From Nanobdellota archaeon (GTDB taxonomy: Archaea > Nanobdellota > Nanobdellia > PEZQ01): a stretch of DNA of 64,000 nucleotides. The notes below the pieces were generated by a model. That model made no database searches. It saw only the letters and a program-made list of their open reading frames with translations, and was not told the origin of the DNA. The first letter of the stretch is position 1, and each line of letters opens with the position of its first letter. The position numbers and the translations under genes were made by a program. Shown in pieces: positions 1-10,060 of the stretch. Location: contig JAAOXS010000021.1 of assembly GCA_018220985.1 (NCBI GenBank), positions 24,274 to 88,273 of the forward strand, written 5' to 3'.

Positions 1-748
1 CTGGTTTACAAACCCAATCAATATTACTACCTGTAGAAGGAATTATGAACACATCATCTTCAACCTCAAAAAGTTTTAACCTGCCATTAAACGAAGGAAT
101 TCTTAAAATAATATCACTTACATTAACATAATTAACCAGTCCAAAAGTATTACTCTCAGAAAGAGTTGCAACCTGCCCTACATCCTCATTATTGAATAAA
201 ACAGTAAAACTTTCAACATCCTTACCTTCACCAATAATAATAGGGTTCTCAATTTCAAAATCTACACTAATAGGACCTTTTGTACTAGCTTCCTGAGAAC
301 TTAAAACAACAGTTTCAGGAGAGTAAAGCATGTTATCAATTATTTTCACGCTCTTATAACCAATACTGGAATAATCATAACAAATCTTTACTAACGGATA
401 ATAATCCAAACCCTTAGTGTCCGGCGCTTTAATGGTCCAAGAATACTCAAGAGAATCTAATAAATTCAACTCATCAATAGAATAAGATTCATCATCAATT
501 AATGTAAACTCACCATAATTAAGCAATCTGATAATAACATTGCTCGCAGTTGAATTGCCAATATTCGTAACCTTAAAATTTAAAATAGTGCTCTCACCCG
601 GTTTTAACACATTATTAAAAGTTGAAAACTCATTAACTCCAACACCAAAAACGCCTTTAATCACAGGATCAACAGTTTTCGTCGAACCACTTTGAGTGCA
701 ACCACTAACCAAAACCATTGCACAAACCACTAACAACACTTTATTCAT
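1..748 (-). CDS. Putative surface lipoprotein, 3' end outside the window; paralogue of the adjacent 416-aa protein
   Basis: Manual translation from ATG at 748 (ATGA overlap with the upstream stop): MNKVLLVVCAMVLVSGCTQ (lipobox-like), later CYDYSS and KGPISV. The frame stays open to the window edge. Confidence 0.75.
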   Translation of the reverse strand, partial: MNKVLLVVCAMVLVSGCTQSGSTKTVDPVIKGVFGVGVNEFSTFNNVLKPGESTILNFKVTNIGNSTASNVIIRLLNYGEFTLIDDESYSIDELNLLDSLEYSWTIKAPDTKGLDYYPLVKICYDYSSIGYKSVKIIDNMLYSPETVVLSSQEASTKGPISVDFEIENPIIIGEGKDVESFTVLFNNEDVGQVATLSESNTFGLVNYVNVSDIILRIPSFNGRLKLFEVEDDVFIIPSTGSNIDWVCKP

Positions 749-1995
749 GATATTGGACTTGTATGAACACTGGTTGAACCCTCAAGATTATAAGAATAAT
801 TCATTTCAACTTTAAAAGAATATGTTTTAATAGGAATATTCAAATTTCTTAAATCAGAAAGTTCAACACTACTAATCTTAAAAGGAATTTGCAAATTATA
901 ACTTCTAACAATGTTCTCAGGATCAACTTTTTTAAGGAGAATACCCTCCGCAACAGCGAGCTCATCGCAAGTGATTGTATCAGTACAAGAGATGAAATCA
1001 CTAAACTCACTACAATCAATAACATCCCACCAATCACCACAATTACTTGTAACATCTATTTCTTCAGGTAAAATAACTTTAATAATAGAATTTTCCTGAT
1101 TGGATAAAGAACCCGCACCATTGTTCGCCACAGTGAATGAAAAAGCGTACTCTAAAGAACTACCACCAACTCTTTGAAATTCAACAGGTAAATAATTATA
1201 CATAACACTAATAGGACCCGCTGTTGTTGAAGTGTCAACAGGCACTTCTAAACTCTCACCTAAAGAACGCCTACGATTAACTTCCTCGCTGGACATTGCA
1301 ACAACAGTGAAATAATTTTCAGAAGAATAATCATAAGTAAGAACATAGTAAATGTTTTGCTTATAATAAATATTATTAATCATACCTTCACTTGGAGCTA
1401 GAATACCCCAATAAAACTCGTACTCATCACTCCTAAATAATCTTTGAACGCCATGCTCAACAACAGTTAAATCAGCATCCATATCATACAAAAACAACTC
1501 ATCTTCCACGCTTAGTGGAGAATCACCTCTCTCACCTATTTTTGTAGTAACATATGCATTGTTTAAATCTGCACCAGTAACAACAGCATTATACAAATGC
1601 CCGCAAGTTATCACATCATTATTCTCAATTTCAAAACTTTCAAATAAATCAGGATAATACGCGTTTACGCCATGTTTAACAGAATTTAAATTACTTAAAC
1701 TATCAACACTAATTGGTTCACTTGTACAATCAAGCAAAGAATAAAAACCAAGATTATCAATTTTAACAACCACGTTCTCAGCAGTTTTACCTAAAGCATT
1801 ATTACGAATTCTTAATTTCAAATAAGTGCTAGAACCTGGAGGCAATTGGTTTTTAATAACATTAAACTCAAGCACGCCAATACCCTGAAAACTTTGAAGA
1901 GAACTTTCAGAAGCGCTTACTGACTCATTATTTGATTGTTGAGTGCAACCACTAAACAAAACGACCAAACTCAATAATACTAATAATTTTTTCAA
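745..1995 (-). CDS. Putative surface lipoprotein (beta-rich, DPANN-type)
   Basis: N-terminal LFSGC lipobox-like signal. YDYSS and AGPISV motifs are shared with the neighbours. ATGA coupling to the downstream gene. Confidence 0.75.
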   Translation of the reverse strand: MKKLLVLLSLVVLFSGCTQQSNNESVSASESSLQSFQGIGVLEFNVIKNQLPPGSSTYLKLRIRNNALGKTAENVVVKIDNLGFYSLLDCTSEPISVDSLSNLNSVKHGVNAYYPDLFESFEIENNDVITCGHLYNAVVTGADLNNAYVTTKIGERGDSPLSVEDELFLYDMDADLTVVEHGVQRLFRSDEYEFYWGILAPSEGMINNIYYKQNIYYVLTYDYSSENYFTVVAMSSEEVNRRRSLGESLEVPVDTSTTAGPISVMYNYLPVEFQRVGGSSLEYAFSFTVANNGAGSLSNQENSIIKVILPEEIDVTSNCGDWWDVIDCSEFSDFISCTDTITCDELAVAEGILLKKVDPENIVRSYNLQIPFKISSVELSDLRNLNIPIKTYSFKVEMNYSYNLEGSTSVHTSPIS

Positions 1996-3953
1996 TCACA
2001 CCAACTCCAATCATCAACGTTAAAACATTTACCATCAACCCAAATCTCATCAAAATTAGGATAAATAGTGTGAAAAGCCTGCGGTGAACAATCAATAGTG
2101 ATAACAGCAGGACCTAAATCATTTCTAAAATTGTAAACAGTGTCAAGAGAAATTGCAGTTGTAGTTCTCTCCTGATTGTCAGGTAAGTTCATTAAATTAA
2201 ACTGGAAAGTTTCCAAAACACTAACGTAAGACTTATCTAAATTAAGAAAACAAAAATGCCAATCATCAGTGTTAATTTTTTTATAACTATCCCATAATTC
2301 TATAATTAATTCATCATTAATCTGGTCATATAAATTTGTTTTACTGTCATAATCATCAACATTCAAAAAATCAGCCACCCTCCCTTTCTCGTATTTCAGA
2401 ATATATTCGTACTCTGGTTGATTATCATAATCATTAAAAAAAGACTTACTAACACAAAACCAATCATCACTTACTTCATGATTTGTATCAACAGTATAGG
2501 GCTCATTAGGTTGCAAAACTTTTTCATTAACATTTATTAAATAACTTTCATCAGGTATTAATGATGAACTTAACTTTATTAAATAAAACTTAAAATTTTC
2601 AATACGCCCACTACCTTGGGTTTCATAATTAATACTTGCAAGAATATTACGTGAAGAATCCTTAATAATATACGGAGCTTCAGGCAAGTCAAAAGCAAAC
2701 TTGACAGGTCCCTCAGCATTAACAGTTATAGGTCGAAGATAATTAATTTGCTGTAATAAAAATAAATAATCCGCTTTATCATCATCTAACAATTCAAAAG
2801 TACCTATAGCACTACTCACAAATTCGGTAACAGCACTACCATCAATATACGCACCATAAGGCTCATCCCTTACTACACCACCATTATCAACAATTGTAAA
2901 ACACCAAGGATAAGGTGGTGGAATAACATTTGAATCAGAACTTAAACTAACACCCTCATCACTAACACCGTCATCATCCTTTTCATTTGCTCCTACAAAA
3001 ACATCATCACAAATTCCGTGACCTGTAGCAGAACCTGAAATACCTTCATAATAAACACAACTACCTATGTCATAAGGGCACTTTTCATAAAGTTCTGTGG
3101 CGTCTACAACACACCCACACACTCCTGCTTCTAAGTTGCTTTCTTGACAATAATTATCAATCGGCGTACTCCCTGTTGGACATTTACAAGTACTACTACC
3201 TTTCGCAGTTGAACACTGGCCTTCTTTTATTATTAAACTATTACAAGCATAATTGAAACCTGCTAACTCACAAATATCAGGGTCGCCGCGGGGAGAAACA
3301 CAATTAAACCAACCGGTAACATCAATTTTCCGTGAACCTGTGTTCTGAACATCCATAGTTATTGAAACTTCACCTTGCTCCCAACCATTAATTTTATCAG
3401 GCGCAACCTGCATCCTACTAATTTTAAAATCAATACCTTTAGCACTAATAGATTCCAAACCACCTGCGTGCTGGGTCTCCCAAATAGACCTCATTTGAGA
3501 ACGCATAGCAATTGTTTGATCTGCAGTGCTTAAACTCTCCCCTGTTTCAGCTTCGAAACTAAACTCTTCAAAACCAAGAGCTTGAAAAACATTATCATCA
3601 GTTGAATCCGTAAGCTGTTTTACATCAAGCCTGTCAGAAGTGCTAACATCAAAAGCATTATGTGCTTGAGCAGTTATTCCAGGAAACAAAAATTCACAAT
3701 TAATCAACCAATTACCAATCACAACATCAATAAGTGGAAGAGCTTGAGTGATACTGCAAATAGATTGCGTAACTTGATCAATATACAAAACTTGCTCATT
3801 AACTAAAAATGGTAGTGCAAATTCTCTAAGTATAAGTATAACTGCAAGAATAACTAATATTTTTTTTATCGTACCCCCCCAACTTTTTTTAGGAGTAAGA
3901 GCTACTTTAACATTACCACCCACTTGCTTAACCCTATCTGTCCGCCCTACCAT
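1992..3953 (-). CDS. Membrane-anchored, Cys-rich extracellular protein
   Basis: 653 aa with an N-terminal TM helix, a central Cys-rich segment and an EGPV motif like the neighbours. GGAG SD upstream. Confidence 0.7.
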   Translation of the reverse strand: MVGRTDRVKQVGGNVKVALTPKKSWGGTIKKILVILAVILILREFALPFLVNEQVLYIDQVTQSICSITQALPLIDVVIGNWLINCEFLFPGITAQAHNAFDVSTSDRLDVKQLTDSTDDNVFQALGFEEFSFEAETGESLSTADQTIAMRSQMRSIWETQHAGGLESISAKGIDFKISRMQVAPDKINGWEQGEVSITMDVQNTGSRKIDVTGWFNCVSPRGDPDICELAGFNYACNSLIIKEGQCSTAKGSSTCKCPTGSTPIDNYCQESNLEAGVCGCVVDATELYEKCPYDIGSCVYYEGISGSATGHGICDDVFVGANEKDDDGVSDEGVSLSSDSNVIPPPYPWCFTIVDNGGVVRDEPYGAYIDGSAVTEFVSSAIGTFELLDDDKADYLFLLQQINYLRPITVNAEGPVKFAFDLPEAPYIIKDSSRNILASINYETQGSGRIENFKFYLIKLSSSLIPDESYLINVNEKVLQPNEPYTVDTNHEVSDDWFCVSKSFFNDYDNQPEYEYILKYEKGRVADFLNVDDYDSKTNLYDQINDELIIELWDSYKKINTDDWHFCFLNLDKSYVSVLETFQFNLMNLPDNQERTTTAISLDTVYNFRNDLGPAVITIDCSPQAFHTIYPNFDEIWVDGKCFNVDDWSWCD

Positions 3954-3975
3954 TAACTCCCCGAAAAATATGATA

Positions 3976-5157
3976 TTATGACCATAACATTTTCAAATTC
4001 CCAATCTTAAAACGACCTGAACTACTCTCAACTCGCAACTTGTTAGTGCCGCTTTTAACATCCTCCTTATCAATATCAACAAGTAATAACCCTTCAAAAA
4101 TTTCACCAGGATTAAAAACGTAATCAGTATTACCCACGATGAATTCCAAATAACCAGCTTCAATTATTTCATCAACACTAACTTGAAAAACAAAACTCTC
4201 CGCATCATCGTAAACACTGCTTGGAACACTGAAATAAAGAGTTTTATTAGACGCTTCCTGACTTGTTTCGTAAACAATTAAAGAAACATCAGATAAATCG
4301 TAAACACCACCTTTACTTGAAGAGAACTCAACAATGTTAACACCACTATTCAAATCAACAACGCTAACAGAATCCTTCACACAATAAGCCGCATCCCTTT
4401 TAATAGGGCTTGCAGAATAAATTTGAACATCATTAAAATTAACGCTTAAACTACCCGAATTATCACTCTCAGTAACTTTGAAACATAACTTAAAATTATT
4501 ACCCTTAGCCTCAATTGAACTAACAGTAAAATCAAAAACTTCAACAACATTAATATTCGAAAAATACTGCTTAACAATTTCAAAATCCAACAACTCACAC
4601 TTTTGAGACTGCCAGAACAATAAACCACGCCATTGGCAAGAAACTTCAAGAGAATCCCCAACCATTTTATCAGCATCAACAACTAAATTAATATTCTGAT
4701 TTTTAGAAATAGCGCTCTTATACAATAAGGTATTAGCACTTTTAATTTCCAAATTTGGAGTTCCAACAACCTCACCAATTCTTGCTTTTACAAGAACACT
4801 TGAATAATCATTAGGAATCACTATTTTAGTAGAACCTTTAAGTAAAATATTCGCTGTAAGCACGGCAGTACTTTTCTCAAGAATGGACTCGTTAATCAAA
4901 GGATAAGCAAGTGAAACACTATCAAAAAAATGGTTGCCAACAGCATCACCCGTACTTCTTCCAATATAACCAATACTATTTGAGAAAACAACGTTATCAA
5001 CGCTAACTGAATTATCAGGATTAGTTGAAATTGGCGAAGTCGTGTTAATATTAAGAATTTTCGCGCGCTCACTTGGATTGATCCATAACAAATAAAGAAT
5101 AAACAAACCAAGAATTAATAAAAGTAATAATGGAATTTGTATTTGCGCTCTCCTCAT
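3976..5157 (-). CDS. Secreted protein with a class III (prepilin-like) signal peptide
   Basis: Begins MRRAQ/IQIPLLLLLILGLF, a basic-Ala-Gln cleavage-type motif followed by a hydrophobic helix. Confidence 0.6.
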   Translation of the reverse strand: MRRAQIQIPLLLLLILGLFILYLLWINPSERAKILNINTTSPISTNPDNSVSVDNVVFSNSIGYIGRSTGDAVGNHFFDSVSLAYPLINESILEKSTAVLTANILLKGSTKIVIPNDYSSVLVKARIGEVVGTPNLEIKSANTLLYKSAISKNQNINLVVDADKMVGDSLEVSCQWRGLLFWQSQKCELLDFEIVKQYFSNINVVEVFDFTVSSIEAKGNNFKLCFKVTESDNSGSLSVNFNDVQIYSASPIKRDAAYCVKDSVSVVDLNSGVNIVEFSSSKGGVYDLSDVSLIVYETSQEASNKTLYFSVPSSVYDDAESFVFQVSVDEIIEAGYLEFIVGNTDYVFNPGEIFEGLLLVDIDKEDVKSGTNKLRVESSSGRFKIGNLKMLWS

Positions 5158-5169
5158 TTTTCTTTTTTT

Positions 5170-5178
5170 TACCGGACA
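5170..5178 (+). promoter_or_regulatory. TASYGGACA motif upstream of the hel308 TATA box
   Basis: TACCGGACA lies about 13 nt before the TTTTTAA box. The same spacing recurs at four other promoters. Confidence 0.55.
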
Positions 5179-5227
5179 AGGTTAGATATGCTTTTTAATT
5201 CATAAAAGTTTTTTGCTTATAATAAAT

Positions 5228-7372
5228 ATGTTGGTTCAAAAATTTGAAAAAAAACTATCGAAAACAGTTTACGAACACGTAAAAAAAAACATCAAAAAAT
5301 TTACGCCACCACAACAAACAGCAATAGAACAAGGACTATTTGATAAAAACATGATAGTATCAAGTCCAACAGCAAGTGGAAAAACTTTGATAGCTGAAAT
5401 GGCATTTTTAAAAACGATTTTAGAAGAAGAAAATAAAGCAATATACATAGTACCCTTACGCTCACTAGCATTTGAAAAACACGCCGAATTCAAAGAAAAA
5501 TACGGGAAAAAAATGAGGATAATGCTATCCACAGGAGAACTAGACGCATCAGATGAATGGCTTGGAAAAGCAGACTTAATAATCACGACCAGCGAAAAAA
5601 TGGACTCACTAATCCGACACGGAGCACTTTGGATTAGTAGAGTAGGACTAGTCGTGATTGATGAAATACACTTACTCGGCGACCAAACTCGTGGTGCAAC
5701 ACTTGAAGTGCTAATATCAAGATTGAAAGAATCACTGCCGAAAACGCGAATACTGGGTTTAAGCGCGACAATAAAAAACGCACGAGAACTAAGCGACTGG
5801 CTAAAAGCTAAACTTGTAGAAAGCGATTACAGACCAGTAAAACTTAATGAAGGAATACTACTAAACAATAAAATACACTTTGAAAAAGAACAGAAAATAA
5901 TAAACCAAAACTACGAAGAACAAAGCTATAACATAATAAAAAACTCGCACGAGCAAGGAAAACAATGCATAGTATTTGTATCATCCAGAAGAAGAGCAGA
6001 ATCACTTGCTTCAAAACTGAAAATAACCACTAACAAACAATTAAAAGAAACCTCTTTAAAAACGTTGAAAACACTGCAAAGACCGACAACTCAATGCAAA
6101 AAATTATCCGAATGTCTGATTAACGGAACCGCATTCCACCACGCAGGGCTACTTCAAAAACAAAAAACACTAATTGAACACGCTTTCAGAAACAGAATTT
6201 TACCAGTCATTTTTGCCACGCCAACACTTGCAATGGGCGTTGACTTACCTGCTTTTAGAGTAATAATACGGGACTTGAAACGATACGCTCAAGGATACAG
6301 TGACTGGATAAGCGTAATGGAATACAAACAATGCGCTGGAAGAGCAGGCAGACCGAAATACGCTGATTATGGGGAAGCAATAACTATTGCGAACAGTGAA
6401 GATATGAAAAAAACCATCACTGAAAAATTTGTTAAAGGAAAAGTTGAAGAAATATACTCACAACTAAGTGCTGAACCAAACTTGAGAACGCACTTACTAT
6501 CATTAATCGCGCAATCAGTGATAAGAACTGAAAATGATGTTATGAAATTCTTCGAACAAACGTTTTACGCACACCAATACAGTGATTTAACAACCATGAA
6601 CTCTAAAATACGTAATGTCTTAATCCAGCTTGAAAAATGGAACTTCATCAAAATTGACGGGAAAAAACTCACTCCTACAAAATACGGAATACGAACAGCA
6701 CAATTATACTTGGACCCGCGCTCAGCGAAAACATTAATGAACTCAACAAAAAATGAAGAAGAAATAAATGAAATAGGATTATTACACGCGTGCAACATGA
6801 CTAGTGAAGCAAAACCTCTATTAAGATTAACAAGGGATGATTACGTTGAACTCGCAGAAGACTTCATGTACGACAGGGAAAAACTATTACTCACAGAACC
6901 AACACCAAACTCGTACGAAGCGAATAAATTCTTACAAGCTTACAAAACAGCACGAATGATGGAGTACTGGATAGATGAGAAAACAGAACAACAAATACTT
7001 GACGAATTCAAAACGAGTCCAGGAGATATACGCGCGAAAACACTAAAACTTGACTGGCTATTATACTCAATGAAAGAACTTGCAACACTGCTCGGAAAAA
7101 AACAATTCATAACACCAATAAACAATTTAAGAACAAGAATCAAACACGGCGTGAAAAAAGAACTACTACCCCTAATTAAGTACAAAGGAATAGGACGAGT
7201 ACGAGCAAGACTCTTATTCACTTCAGGAATAAGAACAACACGAGAACTTAAAAAAGCAAACTTTGAAGTATTAAAAAGACTATTAGGCGAAAAAACAGCT
7301 TTAAAACTAAAAGAACAAGTTGAAACAAAAGATTCTAAACCAAATTATTTAAATAACTACTCACAAAAATAA
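5228..7372 (+). CDS. hel308: Ski2-like SF2 DNA helicase Hel308/Hjm
   Basis: SPTASGKT, DEIH, GLSAT, AFHHAGL, TPTLAMGVDLP and QCAGRAGRP motifs, plus a C-terminal HhH (KGIGRVRAR). ATG at 5228 preferred over TTG at 5213. Confidence 0.95.
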   Translation: MLVQKFEKKLSKTVYEHVKKNIKKFTPPQQTAIEQGLFDKNMIVSSPTASGKTLIAEMAFLKTILEEENKAIYIVPLRSLAFEKHAEFKEKYGKKMRIMLSTGELDASDEWLGKADLIITTSEKMDSLIRHGALWISRVGLVVIDEIHLLGDQTRGATLEVLISRLKESLPKTRILGLSATIKNARELSDWLKAKLVESDYRPVKLNEGILLNNKIHFEKEQKIINQNYEEQSYNIIKNSHEQGKQCIVFVSSRRRAESLASKLKITTNKQLKETSLKTLKTLQRPTTQCKKLSECLINGTAFHHAGLLQKQKTLIEHAFRNRILPVIFATPTLAMGVDLPAFRVIIRDLKRYAQGYSDWISVMEYKQCAGRAGRPKYADYGEAITIANSEDMKKTITEKFVKGKVEEIYSQLSAEPNLRTHLLSLIAQSVIRTENDVMKFFEQTFYAHQYSDLTTMNSKIRNVLIQLEKWNFIKIDGKKLTPTKYGIRTAQLYLDPRSAKTLMNSTKNEEEINEIGLLHACNMTSEAKPLLRLTRDDYVELAEDFMYDREKLLLTEPTPNSYEANKFLQAYKTARMMEYWIDEKTEQQILDEFKTSPGDIRAKTLKLDWLLYSMKELATLLGKKQFITPINNLRTRIKHGVKKELLPLIKYKGIGRVRARLLFTSGIRTTRELKKANFEVLKRLLGEKTALKLKEQVETKDSKPNYLNNYSQK

Positions 7373-7379
7373 TAATGTA

Positions 7380-8063
7380 ATGACATTACCAGAACATGTT
7401 GGAATAATAATAGATGGAAATAGACGATGGGCTCAAAGCAGAAACAAACACCCTTGGGATGGGCATAAAGTTGGCGGTGAAGCTTTAGGAAGAATACTAG
7501 AACACGCTGATAAAAAAGGAATAAAAAACATTACCATATACATATGGAGTCTAAAAAACAACGCTGGAAGAAGCGCGGAAGAAAAAAAACAAATATTCAA
7601 ACTAATCCTGAAATGGATTAAAGACTTACTGAAAGAATCCAAAAAAAGAAAAACACGCATAAGATTCCTTGGCAGATGGGAAGAAGCAACAGAAATCAAA
7701 AAAGAACTTGAAAAAACAATGGAACAAACAAAAAATTACACAGAAAAAAACTTGAACTTCTGCTTCATGTACGACGGGCAAGCAGAAATCATTGACGCAT
7801 GCAACAAAGCAATGAAAGAAGGACTGGAAGGCATAACAATTGAAACATTCAAAGAACACTTATACACAAAAGACCTGCCACCACTTGACTTAATAATAAG
7901 AACAGGAATGGAAGACGGTTGCAGACTATCAGGTTTCATGCTATGGGACGCGTCCTACGCAGAACTAATATTCCACAACACACTATGGCCAGATTATTCT
8001 AAAGAACAATTAAACGAAGATTTAGAAGAATTCTCAAAACGCAACAGACGATTTGGAAAATAA
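7380..8063 (+). CDS. uppS: cis-prenyltransferase (polyprenyl diphosphate synthase)
   Basis: HVGIIIDGNRRWA, DLIIRTG..RLSGFMLW, LWPD and RRFG motifs. Confidence 0.95.
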   Translation: MTLPEHVGIIIDGNRRWAQSRNKHPWDGHKVGGEALGRILEHADKKGIKNITIYIWSLKNNAGRSAEEKKQIFKLILKWIKDLLKESKKRKTRIRFLGRWEEATEIKKELEKTMEQTKNYTEKNLNFCFMYDGQAEIIDACNKAMKEGLEGITIETFKEHLYTKDLPPLDLIIRTGMEDGCRLSGFMLWDASYAELIFHNTLWPDYSKEQLNEDLEEFSKRNRRFGK

Positions 8064-8098
8064 AACTTTTAAAAACGCACAACTAATTACTTTTTTAC

Positions 8099-9142
8099 AT
8101 GCATGACGAAATAGTTGACGAAATTATTATTGGAGCAGGCCCAATAGGTAGTTATTACGCTTCGCAAAAAAATTGTTTAATATTAGAACAAAAAAAAATG
8201 TTAGAAGTCGGAGAACCTGTGCAATGCACCGGACTCGTAAGCAGGAACATAGAAGAATTTGTGAAAATACCAAAAAGCATAATACAAAACAAAATACGCG
8301 GAGCGATACTGCACTCGCCGAATAATTCTGTGCAAGTCAAAAAAGAAAACGTTGCTTATGTTATAAACAGAAAAAAATTTGACCAGTACTTATTAGAAAA
8401 AGCGCTTGAAAATTCAAAAATAATGTTTGGGGAACAAGTGAAAGAATACTATAAAACAAAAAATTACGTGCAAATAAGAACTGAAAAAAACACTTACAGA
8501 ACAAAAAAATTAATAGACGCGAGCGGTCCGAAAACCCAAAAAAATTTTTTGATGGGACTTCAAATAACTGCGAAAATGGAACGCGAACCAATTGCAGAAC
8601 TATTCTTCGGCAACGAAGTTTGCCCAGAATTCTTTGCGTGGATAGTACCTGAAAACGAAGAAGTATGCAGGATAGGTGTTGCAACACGCTCTCCTAGAAT
8701 TTACTTAGATAAGTTATTAGATAAACTTGGAAACCCGAAAATACTGGATTGGCAGGGAGGAATAATACCAATGCATAAACCCGTTTTGCGAGGTGAAAGT
8801 GAAACGTACTTATTAGGCGACCGTGGAGGACATGTTAAACCAACAACTGGAGGAGGATTAATCACAGGACTGAAAAGCGCGAAATTATTAGCACACTCAA
8901 AAAATTATGAGAAAGAATGGAACAAAACAATTGGAAAAGAACTATTGATTCATTGGAGGATAAGAAATTTTTTAGACAAAATTAACGACGAAGAATTAGA
9001 CGAACTAATCGAACTTGTTAAACACTTGAAACCAAAACTTGAAAAACATGGAAACATGGATTACCCTTCAAAATTTTTGACAAAACTGATAACTCCAAAA
9101 ACAATAAAATTTTTTGCAAAAAACTTTTCAAAAATTATATGA
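8099..9142 (+). CDS. Geranylgeranyl reductase family FAD-dependent oxidoreductase
   Basis: IIGAGPIGS, PVQCTGL, FAWIVP and GD..GHVKPTTGGG motifs. Confidence 0.85.
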   Translation: MHDEIVDEIIIGAGPIGSYYASQKNCLILEQKKMLEVGEPVQCTGLVSRNIEEFVKIPKSIIQNKIRGAILHSPNNSVQVKKENVAYVINRKKFDQYLLEKALENSKIMFGEQVKEYYKTKNYVQIRTEKNTYRTKKLIDASGPKTQKNFLMGLQITAKMEREPIAELFFGNEVCPEFFAWIVPENEEVCRIGVATRSPRIYLDKLLDKLGNPKILDWQGGIIPMHKPVLRGESETYLLGDRGGHVKPTTGGGLITGLKSAKLLAHSKNYEKEWNKTIGKELLIHWRIRNFLDKINDEELDELIELVKHLKPKLEKHGNMDYPSKFLTKLITPKTIKFFAKNFSKII

Positions 9143-9178
9143 AAAATTTTATTAACCCTTTTCACATCTTAATTTTTC

Positions 9179-10060
9179 ATGCTCGAGAAAGAATTCTCAA
9201 AAGCCTGGAAATACTATTTTGAAAATTACAAGAAACTAACAGTAATACCAATAATTCTTGTTTTAATAATGGTAAGCTCATTAGGTTACTCTAAAATCAC
9301 TACAGGAGAATTCTTTCAAAAAGACGTGAGCGTGAAAGGAGGTTATACAGCAACAATAACTCTTAACCAAGAAATAAACTTACAAGAATTAACGCAACAA
9401 CTCGGAAACCCTGAAATACGACTTGTAAAAGACACATTACGAATAAACATTCAAGGATACGAAATACTAAGCGAACAAGAACTTGTAAGCACTGAAATAA
9501 TAACTCTTTTCCAAGAAATTTATGGGATAACCCTCACTAATGATGATGTTTCAATAGGCTTTCAAAGCGCTGCAATAGCCAAAACATTTTTTGAACAAGC
9601 AACAAAAGCACTGCTATTAGCATTTTTATTAATGGGTGGAGTTGTTTTTTACTATTTCAGAAAACCTGCACCGTCAATTTCTATAATACTATCAACATTT
9701 CTTGACGTGATATGCATCCTCGGCGCAATGAATATTCTTGGAATACAAGTTTCAACAGCGTCAATAGGAGCATTACTAATGATTGTAGGATACTCAACAG
9801 ACAGTGACATACTATTATCAACAAACATTTTGAAAAGAAAAGACAAACCATTAAGTGAAAGAATGCTAAGAGCATTCAAAACAGAACTAACCGTTGACAT
9901 GGCAGCGTTTGTGGTTTTCGCAACAATGTTCTTATTATCAAATGTGGTTATGATAAAAGAAATAGCATTAATATTATTATTTGGAATACTGTTCGATTTG
10001 ATTAACACATGGTTTGGAACAGCTGCGCTCCAACGAATTCTGGTGGTGGAGAAAAAATGA
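9179..10060 (+). CDS. secF: Protein translocase subunit SecF
   Basis: DVSVKGG and ALLMIVGYSTDSDILL motifs, six TM helices, directly before secD. Confidence 0.9.
   Translation: MLEKEFSKAWKYYFENYKKLTVIPIILVLIMVSSLGYSKITTGEFFQKDVSVKGGYTATITLNQEINLQELTQQLGNPEIRLVKDTLRINIQGYEILSEQELVSTEIITLFQEIYGITLTNDDVSIGFQSAAIAKTFFEQATKALLLAFLLMGGVVFYYFRKPAPSISIILSTFLDVICILGAMNILGIQVSTASIGALLMIVGYSTDSDILLSTNILKRKDKPLSERMLRAFKTELTVDMAAFVVFATMFLLSNVVMIKEIALILLFGILFDLINTWFGTAALQRILVVEKK

Noticed and set aside
10009..10056. N-terminal extension of SecD given by the ORF track
   Set aside because: It overlaps the secF coding end. The ATG at 10057 has an SD and an ATGA overlap.
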